From the NCBI GenBank assembly GCA_964503085.1, contig CAZCYQ010000005.1, positions 21,576 to 85,575 of the forward strand: a stretch of DNA of 64,000 nucleotides. Reading direction: 5' to 3'. The DNA comes from an uncultured Rhodothermaceae bacterium (GTDB taxonomy: Bacteria; Bacteroidota; Rhodothermia; Rhodothermales; Bin80). A program made the position numbers and the translations under genes. Position 1 is the first letter of the stretch. Every line of letters starts with the position of its first letter. Positions 26,447 through 36,144 of the stretch are shown here, one piece after another. The notes under the pieces are model-generated. The model made no database searches. It was given only the letters and a program-made list of their open reading frames with translations, and was not told the origin of the DNA.

Positions 26447-29200
26447 ATGCAAAGACTTCTTGGGCTGGTGTTATTCGCTGTTTTGTGGTCCGTACCCGCT
26501 CTGGGACAGGGCAAAATCGCTGGTCACATTGAAGATGCGGATGCAGGCGACGAACTCATAGGGGTGGCCGTTCTTATTGATGATGGCACTGGGCGAGGTA
26601 CCACCACGGATCTAGAGGGCAATTATGTGCTCCTCAATTTGCGCCCAGGATTGTACACACTTGAGTTTTCGTATATCGGATACCAGACCCAGTTCATTAC
26701 CGATATTCAGGTTACGAGTGGGCAAACCACGCGAATTGACGTTAAGCTCCGTCAGAGTGTGATTGAAGGAGAAGAGCTAATCGTTCAGGCAGAGCGGCCG
26801 TTAGTGCAAAAGGACCTGACAGCGTCAAAGAAAACAGTCGTAGCTGCAGAGATTGAGGCCTTGCCCGTAGAAAGCTTCTTCGGTGTCCTGGCTACGACCG
26901 CCGGCGTTACGACCGGGGCCAGTGGAGAGTTGCATGTTCGCGGTGGACGCAGTAACGAAATCTCCTATCTGGTTGATGGACTCGCCGTCAGCAATCCGTT
27001 TAATACCAATGGAATAAACACGCGTGTAGCGATTGATGCCATTGAAGAACTGACGGTGATTTCGGGGGCTTTCAATGCAGAGTATGGCAAGGCGATGTCG
27101 GCGGTCGTTAATCTGGTTACCAAGGAAGGGGGAGACCGCTATGAGGGCTCGGTGACTGCTTATGGAGGCGATTATCTTACACGCAATGACAAGCTGTTCC
27201 TCTTGCCAGAGGGGGTGGACCTGAACACGTTGACATTTGAGGGATCTCTGAGCGGACCTATTCCGGTGGGGCCTAGAATGAGGTTTCTGGTATCGGGCAG
27301 GTACGATAACAACGACGGGCACTTGTATGGTATTCGCCAGCATCTGCCGAGTGACTCTGCTAATTTCAACAGCAATCCCTGGTATTACGAAATCCACGGC
27401 AAGCCGTGGTGGGATTATGCGGACAGTACTGTAACGCTCCCGGACGGGACGGTCGTTGAGGGTGGGGGCCTAGCACTACCCAATGATCGCGTGGCCATGA
27501 ACCCGAGTGAACGCTTTAATGTGCTTTCAAAGCTAACGACACGGTTGACACGCAATACACAGTTGGAGTACTCGTACCTCATTGATAACAGTGAGGCCAA
27601 GGGCTTCAGTTTTGGTTATCGATACAACCCGGATGGTGTTGCTTCCAATCAAAGGCGTAATCAGAACCACAGTCTGCATTTTACCCATACGCTAAGTACG
27701 CGCGCCTTCTATACTGTAAAGCTTTCCTGGGCCCAGGCATCGTACAAGTACTTTCTGTACGAGGACCCGCAGGATCCACGCTATGTCAAAGATATTGGGG
27801 CAATCGGTGCAGGGAACGTGATAGGGTTTCCCGGCAACAATTACCTTTTCGCCGGGAACCAGAAATCCCATATCTACGAAGATTCCCAGTCGTTGCGGGG
27901 CAAGGCAGATTTTACACGACAGTTCGGCATTACACATGAAGTGAAGGCAGGGCTGGAAGTGCAGCAGCATAGCCTAAGTCGCCAAAATTTTGTTGTGCTC
28001 TACGACGGCAATCAATATCTGGAGCCAACAGTTGAGCCAGTCGATAATCCATCTCACGATCGTTACGACGACCAGACCGTGCTGGAGCTGAGTGCATATG
28101 CTCAGGATAAGCTGGAATTTGACAACTTCATCATCAATGCCGGGCTCCGCTTTGAGCGCTTCGAGCCGAACGGCACATACATTCCGGATTTATTTGATCC
28201 TCAAGGAGATCTTGCGGAGGCGTCAACCAAGAATATGCTTTTGCCTCGATTGGGAGTTTCGTTTCCGATTACAGAGCGAGGCATAATCCATTTTTCGTAC
28301 GGACACTTCGCTCAGATGCCTTCGTTGCGCAATCTATATGTTAACCCGGAGTTTGAGTTTCCCAAAGGCAGTGCGCCTACGTTTGGCAACACCAATCTGC
28401 GCCCAGAGCGCACAGTTCAGTACGAGTTTGGCCTTCAGCAGCAGATCGGTGACCTGTTAGCTGTACACCTGACAGGATACTTCAAGAACATCCGGGATTA
28501 TATGGCGCTGCAACTGGTACGCCACTCGACGATTGCCGGTGAAGACCTATACAATATTTACCTGAACAAGGCGTACGCCAATGTTACGGGGCTTACTGTC
28601 TCGCTTACCAAGCGTCGGTCACGCAACGGTTTTCTGTCTGCTACGCTGGATTATACATTCCAGATTGCCGAGGGTAGCGACGATGATGCTAACAGGTTTT
28701 TCTTTAACAGATTATCTGGCCGAGAGAATGAACTCGAGGTTGTTCCGCTTACATTTGATCAGCGCCATGTGATTTCGTCAACGGTCACGTTGTCGCGTTC
28801 CAGAAGCCTCGGGCTGTCTTTCAATGGACAGTTCTCAACAGGGTACCCATATTCGCCCTTCATTCTGGATCAGAATGTAGACCTGCCTACGCGTAGCGGG
28901 CGAAAGCCATCCAAGTTGAGCTTGGATGTACATCTATTCAAGGAATTCAGGGTGATGGATAATGTGCCAATCCGTGCTTTTGTCAAAGTATTCAATCTGC
29001 TGGACCGCTTGAACGAGAACTTTGTGTTTAATGATACGGGTCGTGCCACCTACTCGTTGTCGGATCAACGAAACGTTCATGCCACCTGGAAACCAAATTA
29101 CGATCTTCCAGGCGTCCACACGCTGGCAGAATATGACACACGACCACACTGGTACAGCTCACCACGCCAGGTAAGGGTCGGCTTGACGGTGTCCTTCTGA
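26447..29200 (+). CDS. TonB-dependent receptor with N-terminal carboxypeptidase-regulatory-like domain (Oar/SusC-like)
   Basis: 917-aa ORF with a signal peptide. The CarboxypepD_reg segment reads GKIAGHIEDADAGDELIGVAVLI...TTDLEGNYVLLNLRPGLYTLEFSYIGYQT. Plug motifs (LHVRGGRSNEISYLVDGL) and a long beta-barrel follow, ending in ...VGLTVSF. Confidence 0.85.
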   Translation: MQRLLGLVLFAVLWSVPALGQGKIAGHIEDADAGDELIGVAVLIDDGTGRGTTTDLEGNYVLLNLRPGLYTLEFSYIGYQTQFITDIQVTSGQTTRIDVKLRQSVIEGEELIVQAERPLVQKDLTASKKTVVAAEIEALPVESFFGVLATTAGVTTGASGELHVRGGRSNEISYLVDGLAVSNPFNTNGINTRVAIDAIEELTVISGAFNAEYGKAMSAVVNLVTKEGGDRYEGSVTAYGGDYLTRNDKLFLLPEGVDLNTLTFEGSLSGPIPVGPRMRFLVSGRYDNNDGHLYGIRQHLPSDSANFNSNPWYYEIHGKPWWDYADSTVTLPDGTVVEGGGLALPNDRVAMNPSERFNVLSKLTTRLTRNTQLEYSYLIDNSEAKGFSFGYRYNPDGVASNQRRNQNHSLHFTHTLSTRAFYTVKLSWAQASYKYFLYEDPQDPRYVKDIGAIGAGNVIGFPGNNYLFAGNQKSHIYEDSQSLRGKADFTRQFGITHEVKAGLEVQQHSLSRQNFVVLYDGNQYLEPTVEPVDNPSHDRYDDQTVLELSAYAQDKLEFDNFIINAGLRFERFEPNGTYIPDLFDPQGDLAEASTKNMLLPRLGVSFPITERGIIHFSYGHFAQMPSLRNLYVNPEFEFPKGSAPTFGNTNLRPERTVQYEFGLQQQIGDLLAVHLTGYFKNIRDYMALQLVRHSTIAGEDLYNIYLNKAYANVTGLTVSLTKRRSRNGFLSATLDYTFQIAEGSDDDANRFFFNRLSGRENELEVVPLTFDQRHVISSTVTLSRSRSLGLSFNGQFSTGYPYSPFILDQNVDLPTRSGRKPSKLSLDVHLFKEFRVMDNVPIRAFVKVFNLLDRLNENFVFNDTGRATYSLSDQRNVHATWKPNYDLPGVHTLAEYDTRPHWYSSPRQVRVGLTVSF

Positions 29201-32200
29201 TGAATTTTCGACTCAACAGTCTCCTGATCCTGGGTATATCGCTGTTCATCGGGCAGGTGAATGCCCAAGAGATCGGCACGGATCGGTTGCGTGGATGGGA
29301 TCAGTTTGAAGTGAATGCCTGGTTGACGAACCTGGCGAAGATGCCGCTTATACAAGGCGCCAATCAGGATTGTGACGAGGGGCTTACCAACCGAAGGGAT
29401 GCCATATTGAATGGTAACCGGATAACGACTCAGATTTTCAACTTCGGGTCAATTTCCGCACCTGGAAATACGATCACAGATATTGTCTGGAATGGCCTCG
29501 GTTACGGGTACGAGTTTGGGCCGTTTGTAGCCGCAGAGGTGGTTGATACGTATCGGGAAGATGGGCGTGCCCGTGACCCTCAGAGTGTTCTGTTGCGGGA
29601 TGAAAACGGTAGTCCTGTCTTTGACGCAAACGGTAATCCGGTCTACGTCATGCGGATTGTCTCAGATGGGCTGGTCTCCAATGGCGGCGAAATCTCTCCG
29701 GATGGCTCCACTTACTGGGGCTGGCAGCCGATAGCCTGTGCGGAACCAGTCGGAGGCTTCGCAGGAATTCAGGTGGTCAATCCGGTGTCGAACAAGATTC
29801 CCACGAACGACGATACCGATGACAATCTGGACGGGAAGCCTGATTCATGGCCCGACGACTGGTACAACGAAACCCTGGAACAGTACCTGTGGCCCGGTGC
29901 GCTGCGACAGGGTGCCTCCAATGCAGATAAGGAGACACTCTACTTTATGAATGACTATAACAACAGTGAATTCAGCTATTGGCCATTTCCCAGCGACAGC
30001 ACGAAGCGAGGGCTGGGCTTGGAGGTGGAAGTGCGGCTGTACCAATGGGCCAATCCACTCGCAGAGGACGTAATCTTTTTGATCTATAAGATTACCAATA
30101 AGAGTGAAAAGGACCTTGATAAGGTGATCTTCGGGATGTGGGGAGACCCGCATGTAGGCGGTCCAGGGGACTGGCCGGATGACTGGGCATTCTATGATGA
30201 AAATCTCAATATGGTTTTTGCATGGGATGATGACGGCCGCAGTGACATTGCGGGTCGTGTTCCTGGATACTTTGGCTACAAGTTTCTGGAAAGCCCGGGG
30301 GTGGATGATGATGGTATCGACAACGACGGAGACGGTCTGATCGACGAATCCTGGACGGACGGCATTGACAATGATGGGGACTGGGATCCAGACCTAGATG
30401 ATGTGGGGATAGACGGGATTCCGGGGACCGGAGATTTTGGTGAGGGCGATGGTATTCCCACCGCGGGGGATCAGTTTGATATTACCAAGCCCGGAGAGCC
30501 GAATTTTGAGTTTACGGATATTGATGAGAGCGATCAGTTTGGATTAACCTCCTTTGCGTCTCCTCCCTTTGCAGGGAACCGCGTTGATAATGATGAACGC
30601 GTATGGAGTTTTATTCAGCCGGGGCGTTTTGATGTCGTCCCCTCTACGCCTGGTGATTATGTGTTTCTGTACGGATCCGGGGATTTTCGACTGAAAGCCG
30701 GAGCTACTAAACGGTTCTCCATAGCGCTGATTGTCGGGCAGAACCGTCAGGATCTAAGGCTTAACGCAAACGTAGCTCAGCAGATCTACGATGTTGGATA
30801 TGTTTTTGCCAAGCCTCCGCAGAAGCCTACATTGCGAGCAGCAGCCGGAGATAAACGCGTCACATTGTACTGGGACGATGCTGCTGAGGAGTCCGTTGAT
30901 CCGCTCACACGCGAGGAGGACTTTGAGGGTTATGTGATCTATCGTTCGACGGATCACGAATTCTCAGACCAGCAAACCATAACTGATATTAATGGGAGCA
31001 GATTTCTGTTTACGCCACTCAAGACAGCCCTGGGGGTAGATGCCCGTTTTGATTTAGACAATGGGCTGAAGGGACCGAGCCCGATAACGTTCCCGGGTCG
31101 TGGCGTATCGTATGATTTGGGCGATGATACTGGACTGTTCCATACGTTTGTTGACTCTAATAATGTCGTTAATGGACAAACGTACTACTACACGGTCGCG
31201 GCCTATGACCGTGGATATGCGGGTACAGAGGAGGAAGAGGCTTTTGCGAATGGAATCCCCCCTAGTGAGACGAGCAAGACCATTACCTATGATCCGACCA
31301 CGGATCAGTATATATTTGACCTGAATACGATCGCTGTTGTACCTGGTCCGAAAGTGGCGGGGTATGTTCCTCCCTCTGCGCTGGATCCAGCAGGTCTCGT
31401 CCACGCGAACGGGCATGCAACGGGGGCCATAGTGATCAATGTGGTTGACGAACTGGCGGTACGTGATGGTCAGACCTATCGCATTGAGTTCAATGATACC
31501 GATGACGGTATTGCTTACTCGGTTATCAACGAGGGGCCTGTCACGGTCAGGGTACTCGCCTCTCCGGGCAAGAGTCAGCGTACGACATATCAGAATATTA
31601 TCGAAAGCTCGCTTGAAGTGCGAACAGCTGACGGACGCTTGTTAGTACGGGGCACGGATTACAGCGTTAATGGAGTTCACGGGGCGATAAATGTGTTCCA
31701 GAGCGCCGGTATTGCTCCGGGGCAAGAGTTGTTCGCTTCATTTCAGTACGCACCGCTCTTCGAAAGTAGATTGCTTCAGAGTGAAGAGGCGAACATCGTG
31801 TTTGATGGGTTGCATGTTTTTGTCCAGGATGACTTACTGGAGCCGAATGTAGAGGCTTCCGGTTGGACAGGCAGCGGTACAGAGATCCCCTATCAGCTCC
31901 TCCCTCCCAGCACTGGTCCAAGGCGTATGCTGTACCCCGCGGACTACGAAATCAGATTCGCGGACTCGCCGATCGGGAATGGGTTCAATAACAATTTGCC
32001 TATTCCGTTTGAGGTAGTGAATGTTACACGCGCCAACATGCCAATTGATGTGTTTGTGCCGGATGTTAACCGTAACGGAGTCTGGGATGTGAATGAGCGA
32101 ATCGTATTTCTGGAACAGGTTGATGGCCTACTGACTGCGACTTGGGAAGTGCGAATGGATGATGTGGGGTCCACGCCGGGAGACGGAGATGTCCTATATC

Positions 32201-32604
32201 TGGCTACGCGGAAACCTTTTGCCAGCGGGGAAACGTATACCTTTCGGACCGTTGCGGCAGCAACTGAGTCGACCTTGGCAGCTCAGGAATTACGCGATAT
32301 TTACGTAGTCCCCAATCCTTATGTGGCTACTTCCGTTTTTGAGCCCCGCAATCCCATAGCCCGGACCGAGCGTGGAGAACGCAGGCTCTATTTCGCGAAT
32401 GTGCCGCAGCAATGCACGATTCGGATTTATACGCTGGCGGGTGAACTGGTCGAAACGCTTTACCATGACAGTACGCTGGATGACGGTAAAGTATTCTGGG
32501 ATATGCGGACCAAGGATAATATGAATCTGGCGTATGGGCTTTACATCTTCCATGTAGACAGCCCGGATGGGTCCTACATTGGCAAGTTCGCGGTGATCAA
32601 ATAG
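29200..32604 (+). CDS. large secreted protein with Asp-rich Ca-binding repeats and a C-terminal beta-sandwich sorting-like domain, function unknown
   Basis: 1134-aa ORF whose start overlaps the receptor stop codon (TGATG). It has a signal peptide (LLILGISLFIGQVNAQ). A thrombospondin-type-3-like stretch DDDGIDNDGDGLIDESWTDGIDNDGDWDPDLDD lies at about nt 30301-30460. The C-terminus VVPNPY...CTIRIYTLAGELV...YGLYIFHV resembles FlgD-Ig/T9SS-type tails. Confidence 0.75.
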   Translation: MNFRLNSLLILGISLFIGQVNAQEIGTDRLRGWDQFEVNAWLTNLAKMPLIQGANQDCDEGLTNRRDAILNGNRITTQIFNFGSISAPGNTITDIVWNGLGYGYEFGPFVAAEVVDTYREDGRARDPQSVLLRDENGSPVFDANGNPVYVMRIVSDGLVSNGGEISPDGSTYWGWQPIACAEPVGGFAGIQVVNPVSNKIPTNDDTDDNLDGKPDSWPDDWYNETLEQYLWPGALRQGASNADKETLYFMNDYNNSEFSYWPFPSDSTKRGLGLEVEVRLYQWANPLAEDVIFLIYKITNKSEKDLDKVIFGMWGDPHVGGPGDWPDDWAFYDENLNMVFAWDDDGRSDIAGRVPGYFGYKFLESPGVDDDGIDNDGDGLIDESWTDGIDNDGDWDPDLDDVGIDGIPGTGDFGEGDGIPTAGDQFDITKPGEPNFEFTDIDESDQFGLTSFASPPFAGNRVDNDERVWSFIQPGRFDVVPSTPGDYVFLYGSGDFRLKAGATKRFSIALIVGQNRQDLRLNANVAQQIYDVGYVFAKPPQKPTLRAAAGDKRVTLYWDDAAEESVDPLTREEDFEGYVIYRSTDHEFSDQQTITDINGSRFLFTPLKTALGVDARFDLDNGLKGPSPITFPGRGVSYDLGDDTGLFHTFVDSNNVVNGQTYYYTVAAYDRGYAGTEEEEAFANGIPPSETSKTITYDPTTDQYIFDLNTIAVVPGPKVAGYVPPSALDPAGLVHANGHATGAIVINVVDELAVRDGQTYRIEFNDTDDGIAYSVINEGPVTVRVLASPGKSQRTTYQNIIESSLEVRTADGRLLVRGTDYSVNGVHGAINVFQSAGIAPGQELFASFQYAPLFESRLLQSEEANIVFDGLHVFVQDDLLEPNVEASGWTGSGTEIPYQLLPPSTGPRRMLYPADYEIRFADSPIGNGFNNNLPIPFEVVNVTRANMPIDVFVPDVNRNGVWDVNERIVFLEQVDGLLTATWEVRMDDVGSTPGDGDVLYLATRKPFASGETYTFRTVAAATESTLAAQELRDIYVVPNPYVATSVFEPRNPIARTERGERRLYFANVPQQCTIRIYTLAGELVETLYHDSTLDDGKVFWDMRTKDNMNLAYGLYIFHVDSPDGSYIGKFAVIK

Positions 32605-32608
32605 GCTC

Positions 32609-33658
32609 ATGTATAAGTGTCTTTCCATAGCGTTTCTGCTTTTGGGGGTATCCATGGGTGTCTCGGCGGTGGCACAAGAGAACCCTGACACCCCTGACAG
32701 TGGAACGATCACTCGCGTTGGAACGACTGCAGCGCAGTTTCTGAAGCTTGGGGTTGGAGCTCGTGCAATTTCGCTCGGTGGAGCTTATGTAGCTGAAGCC
32801 AGCGACATGAGTTCGGTTTACTGGAATCCTGCAGGGTTTGCCCGTCTTCGTGGAAGTCATTTGCAGCTAAGCAATACACGTTATCTGGCAGACATTAACT
32901 ACAATTTTGCTGCATTTGGTACTTCAATTGATCGCGTTGGCTCTATGGGTCTTGCGTTGCTTATGGTGGACAGCGGGGATATGCCAGTTCGAACAGAAAT
33001 GCAGCCGGAGGGCACCGGCGAGCAGTTCAATGTAGTCAGTTTCGCGCTGCAGATCACTTATGCGCGTGACCTGAGTGATCAGTTCTCGATCGGAGGCTCA
33101 CTCAAATTTGTTCAAGAGCGTGTTTGGCACAGTAAGGCCTCCTCAGTCGCGTTTGATGTCGGTACGCTTTTCACCACTCCGTTCAAGGGTTTGCGTCTTG
33201 GTGCAAGTATGTCCAATCTGGGCCCCAAATTGCGCATGGATGGACGGGATATACTTTTCAGTGAAGATCCAAGTCCAAATACGGAGGGTACCGCCGAGAT
33301 TATTAATGCGCAGTATCGCATGGACTCATTTTCCATGCCGCTGATCTTCAGGGTTGGTCTGGCCTGGGATGCAGTGGACACCGGGACGCATCGTGTACTG
33401 ATCACAACTGATGCGGCGCATCCTAATGATAATGCAGAATATGTGAATGCTGGTATGGAGTATACTTTCAGGGACCTTATCGCATTCAGGGGAGGATACC
33501 GTAATCTGTTTGAGCCGGATACGGAGCAGGGACTGACCGCCGGCGGCAGCTTAATCATTCGCATCAACAGAGATTTGGCTGCACAATTCGACTATGCGTA
33601 TGCTGATTTTGGTCGACTGACACAGACGCACTGGTTCACCTTCAACCTTTCTTTCTAG
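32609..33658 (+). CDS. PorV/PorQ family outer-membrane beta-barrel protein
   Basis: 349-aa ORF with a signal peptide. The segment GTTAAQFLKLGVGARAISLGGAYVAEASDMSSVYWNPAG is the family N-terminal signature. A terminal aromatic residue (LSF) is present. Confidence 0.75.
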   Translation: MYKCLSIAFLLLGVSMGVSAVAQENPDTPDSGTITRVGTTAAQFLKLGVGARAISLGGAYVAEASDMSSVYWNPAGFARLRGSHLQLSNTRYLADINYNFAAFGTSIDRVGSMGLALLMVDSGDMPVRTEMQPEGTGEQFNVVSFALQITYARDLSDQFSIGGSLKFVQERVWHSKASSVAFDVGTLFTTPFKGLRLGASMSNLGPKLRMDGRDILFSEDPSPNTEGTAEIINAQYRMDSFSMPLIFRVGLAWDAVDTGTHRVLITTDAAHPNDNAEYVNAGMEYTFRDLIAFRGGYRNLFEPDTEQGLTAGGSLIIRINRDLAAQFDYAYADFGRLTQTHWFTFNLSF

Positions 33659-33664
33659 CGCCGG

Positions 33665-35290
33665 ATGAGGCCGTTCCTGGTCAGTATTGCCATGCTGGTT
33701 GCGTGGGTGGCATCTGCGCAGGCTCAGCTTTTGCATGATGTGATTCATGCAGAAATTGAGCTTAATCCGCCCGAGGTTACTGAAGCAGGGAAGGTTGCCA
33801 CGACAAGGGTTGTTAGTCAAGATCTTTCCGACCAGTTCACCGGGATTGCTTTGCAGGGTTTTACAGCCAGCGACTCTTTATCTGGTGCAGTCCGTTTCTT
33901 TGAGAACAATGCCTGGGGACCGTGGCACCCGCTCTATATTGTTCGAAGTGGTACGGATGAAGCATTTCTTGCCGCATATCGTGGGGAGATGGTTCGTATG
34001 GCATCAAGCGTTGAGATTCAATTCCAGATAGATTCGGCCTACGAGTTACAGATTTTGAGTGCAGGCACGTTTGACCAGCGCCTTGATGAGGAGGATACTC
34101 CAAGTCAGCAATCACAGAAAACAGGACAGTCAAAAGATTTTTCGATTACAGCTCCGCAATTGCGACGCAGGGCCGAGTGGAGGGCCCAACCTTTTCGAGG
34201 TACACCGATTCCTCTGAACAGGCCCAGTTACAACTATATGACATTGCATCACACGGCGGGTTTTTCGGCGAAGACATTGGCCGAAGGTTTGGACCAAGTT
34301 CGGCGGATTCAGGATTTCCATCAGAATGGTCGCGGATGGAGCGATATCGGGTATCACTTTCTTATGGACCAGGAGGGGCGCCTATATCAAGGTCGTCCGT
34401 TCCTGAATGAATCGATCTCTTTTGATCAGGGTCCTCCGCTAGCGCATGGTGCCCACGCAGGAGGTGCGAATACAGGTAACATCGGGATCTCATTGATGGG
34501 ATGTTATCATCCACCAGAAGGGTCAAACTGCCTGGATGAAATGACGGATTCGGCAGTGGATTCACTGGTCGCAACTTTCGGATTCTCCTCTGAGCGTTAT
34601 AGTGTGTCCCCGAAAAATATGCGTGGTCACCGCGATTTTGGCAGTACGTCTTGCCCTGGTGACAATAACTATCCAAGGATACCGGACTTTATACAGCGGA
34701 TAGAGGGCTTGCTCGTGACCGGCAACAGCCCCTTGGGACGGGCGGCAATGGATATTCGCGTGGATGATGATGGTATTGTAACCGTCTCTTGGGCATTTAC
34801 GGCAGATTTTGGGATTGCTGAATTCATTGTACGGCGGCGTATTGGAGATGACAATACTGTAAGGATCACTGGTGGGGCAGGTGCGGTTGATGGTAGGACG
34901 ATTGACACCCCCGGTGTAGGCCGTCATACGTATGAACTTTGGGTGCGAAGTGCGAGTGGGGTTGAACAGAGGTTGGCGAGCATAGACATTGATGTAGGGG
35001 CGGCTGTTGGAGATTTTCTGGCGCAGTCATTCCCCAATCCAACGTCAGGTCTGGCCACGATCAGGTACTTCCTTACGAGTGAATCTGGTATCATCTCAAT
35101 CGAGATGTTCGACATTACCGGTAAGCTGATGCTCACAGGTGAGACACAGTACAGAGAAGCGGGGGAATGGTATGTAACGCACTTTGACACATCGGCCTTG
35201 CCGAGTGGTGTCTACTTTTACAGGATCTCGGTGGATGGATTTAGCGGTACCGTATTTGAGGCCACACAGCCCCTGATTGTCATTCGGTAG
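33665..35290 (+). CDS. N-acetylmuramoyl-L-alanine amidase (Amidase_2/PGRP fold) with a T9SS C-terminal domain
   Basis: MTLHHTAG...WSDIGYHFLMDQEGRLYQGRP...GAHAGGANTGNIGISLMG...GHRDFGSTSCPG are Amidase_2 motifs. The C-terminus SFPNPTSGLATIRYFL...GVYFYRI is a Por-secretion tail. Confidence 0.8.
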   Translation: MRPFLVSIAMLVAWVASAQAQLLHDVIHAEIELNPPEVTEAGKVATTRVVSQDLSDQFTGIALQGFTASDSLSGAVRFFENNAWGPWHPLYIVRSGTDEAFLAAYRGEMVRMASSVEIQFQIDSAYELQILSAGTFDQRLDEEDTPSQQSQKTGQSKDFSITAPQLRRRAEWRAQPFRGTPIPLNRPSYNYMTLHHTAGFSAKTLAEGLDQVRRIQDFHQNGRGWSDIGYHFLMDQEGRLYQGRPFLNESISFDQGPPLAHGAHAGGANTGNIGISLMGCYHPPEGSNCLDEMTDSAVDSLVATFGFSSERYSVSPKNMRGHRDFGSTSCPGDNNYPRIPDFIQRIEGLLVTGNSPLGRAAMDIRVDDDGIVTVSWAFTADFGIAEFIVRRRIGDDNTVRITGGAGAVDGRTIDTPGVGRHTYELWVRSASGVEQRLASIDIDVGAAVGDFLAQSFPNPTSGLATIRYFLTSESGIISIEMFDITGKLMLTGETQYREAGEWYVTHFDTSALPSGVYFYRISVDGFSGTVFEATQPLIVIR

Positions 35291-36059
35291 ATCCGTAAAC
35301 TCGGCGCACTCGCGCACGATAGTCATCAAAGCATTCATCAAAACGCGTAGCTGATGCTTCGCTTCCGATGTGATAACTGCTCGTTAATACAATCGGCGGA
35401 CTACCTTGTTGGGTGAGTTTTTCGGCAACCAGACATTTCAGGCTGTTCACGAGAAGGGCTACTCCGACCGTTGATCCAGGACCAATCAAGTCAGGATGTC
35501 CTTCTACTCGTACCATCGCATCGCCTGCCGGCACGCAGTTGTCAAGGACAACATCAGCCAGGTCTATCAGTCGTTTACCACTGCTGTGCCGTGAAGTAGA
35601 AGCACTGCAGTGTGCTTTAGAGACCACCGCGATCACCGGCAAATTTCGTGCTTTGGCTTCCAGTGCGATTTCTACAACAACTTCGTTCACACCGCTGTTG
35701 GAGAAGACCATGAAGCTGTCGGGGGGCTTGAGTACAAAATTTCGAAGGATAGTTTTGCCTAGCCCCTCAACACGTTCAAGGAAGATGGCCTGTCGCTGAC
35801 CATTCGCTCCCACGACCTGGTTATGATATGTGAGGGACAGTTCTACGATTGGGTGAAACCCTGGAAAGCTTCCATAACGAGGAAAGACCTCTTCAACCCC
35901 CATTCGCGAATGGCCAGACCCAAAGAGATGTACAAGGCCCTTCCCGGCAATGCTTTGAGCGCAAATATCAGCGGCATCTTGCAGCGCATCCATTTGACTC
36001 GTGCGAATTTCTTCAAGCACACGAGAGGCTTCGTTCAAATAAGTTTGTGCAGAATTCAT
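35280..36059 (-). CDS. SIS (sugar isomerase) domain protein, UPF0309-like
   Basis: 259-aa ORF with GLVHLFGSGHSRM and VFSNSGVN motifs typical of SIS domains. Its 3' end overlaps the convergent amidase gene by 11 nt. Confidence 0.7.
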   Translation of the reverse strand: MNSAQTYLNEASRVLEEIRTSQMDALQDAADICAQSIAGKGLVHLFGSGHSRMGVEEVFPRYGSFPGFHPIVELSLTYHNQVVGANGQRQAIFLERVEGLGKTILRNFVLKPPDSFMVFSNSGVNEVVVEIALEAKARNLPVIAVVSKAHCSASTSRHSSGKRLIDLADVVLDNCVPAGDAMVRVEGHPDLIGPGSTVGVALLVNSLKCLVAEKLTQQGSPPIVLTSSYHIGSEASATRFDECFDDYRARVRRVYGSTE

Positions 36060-36144
36060 GTAAAGCGTAATTTTTGTTCGGGCTACGTCCCGAATGTTTT
36101 ATTATGGGAATTATTCAGGCCACGCTAACAAAAAACTTAATCAA

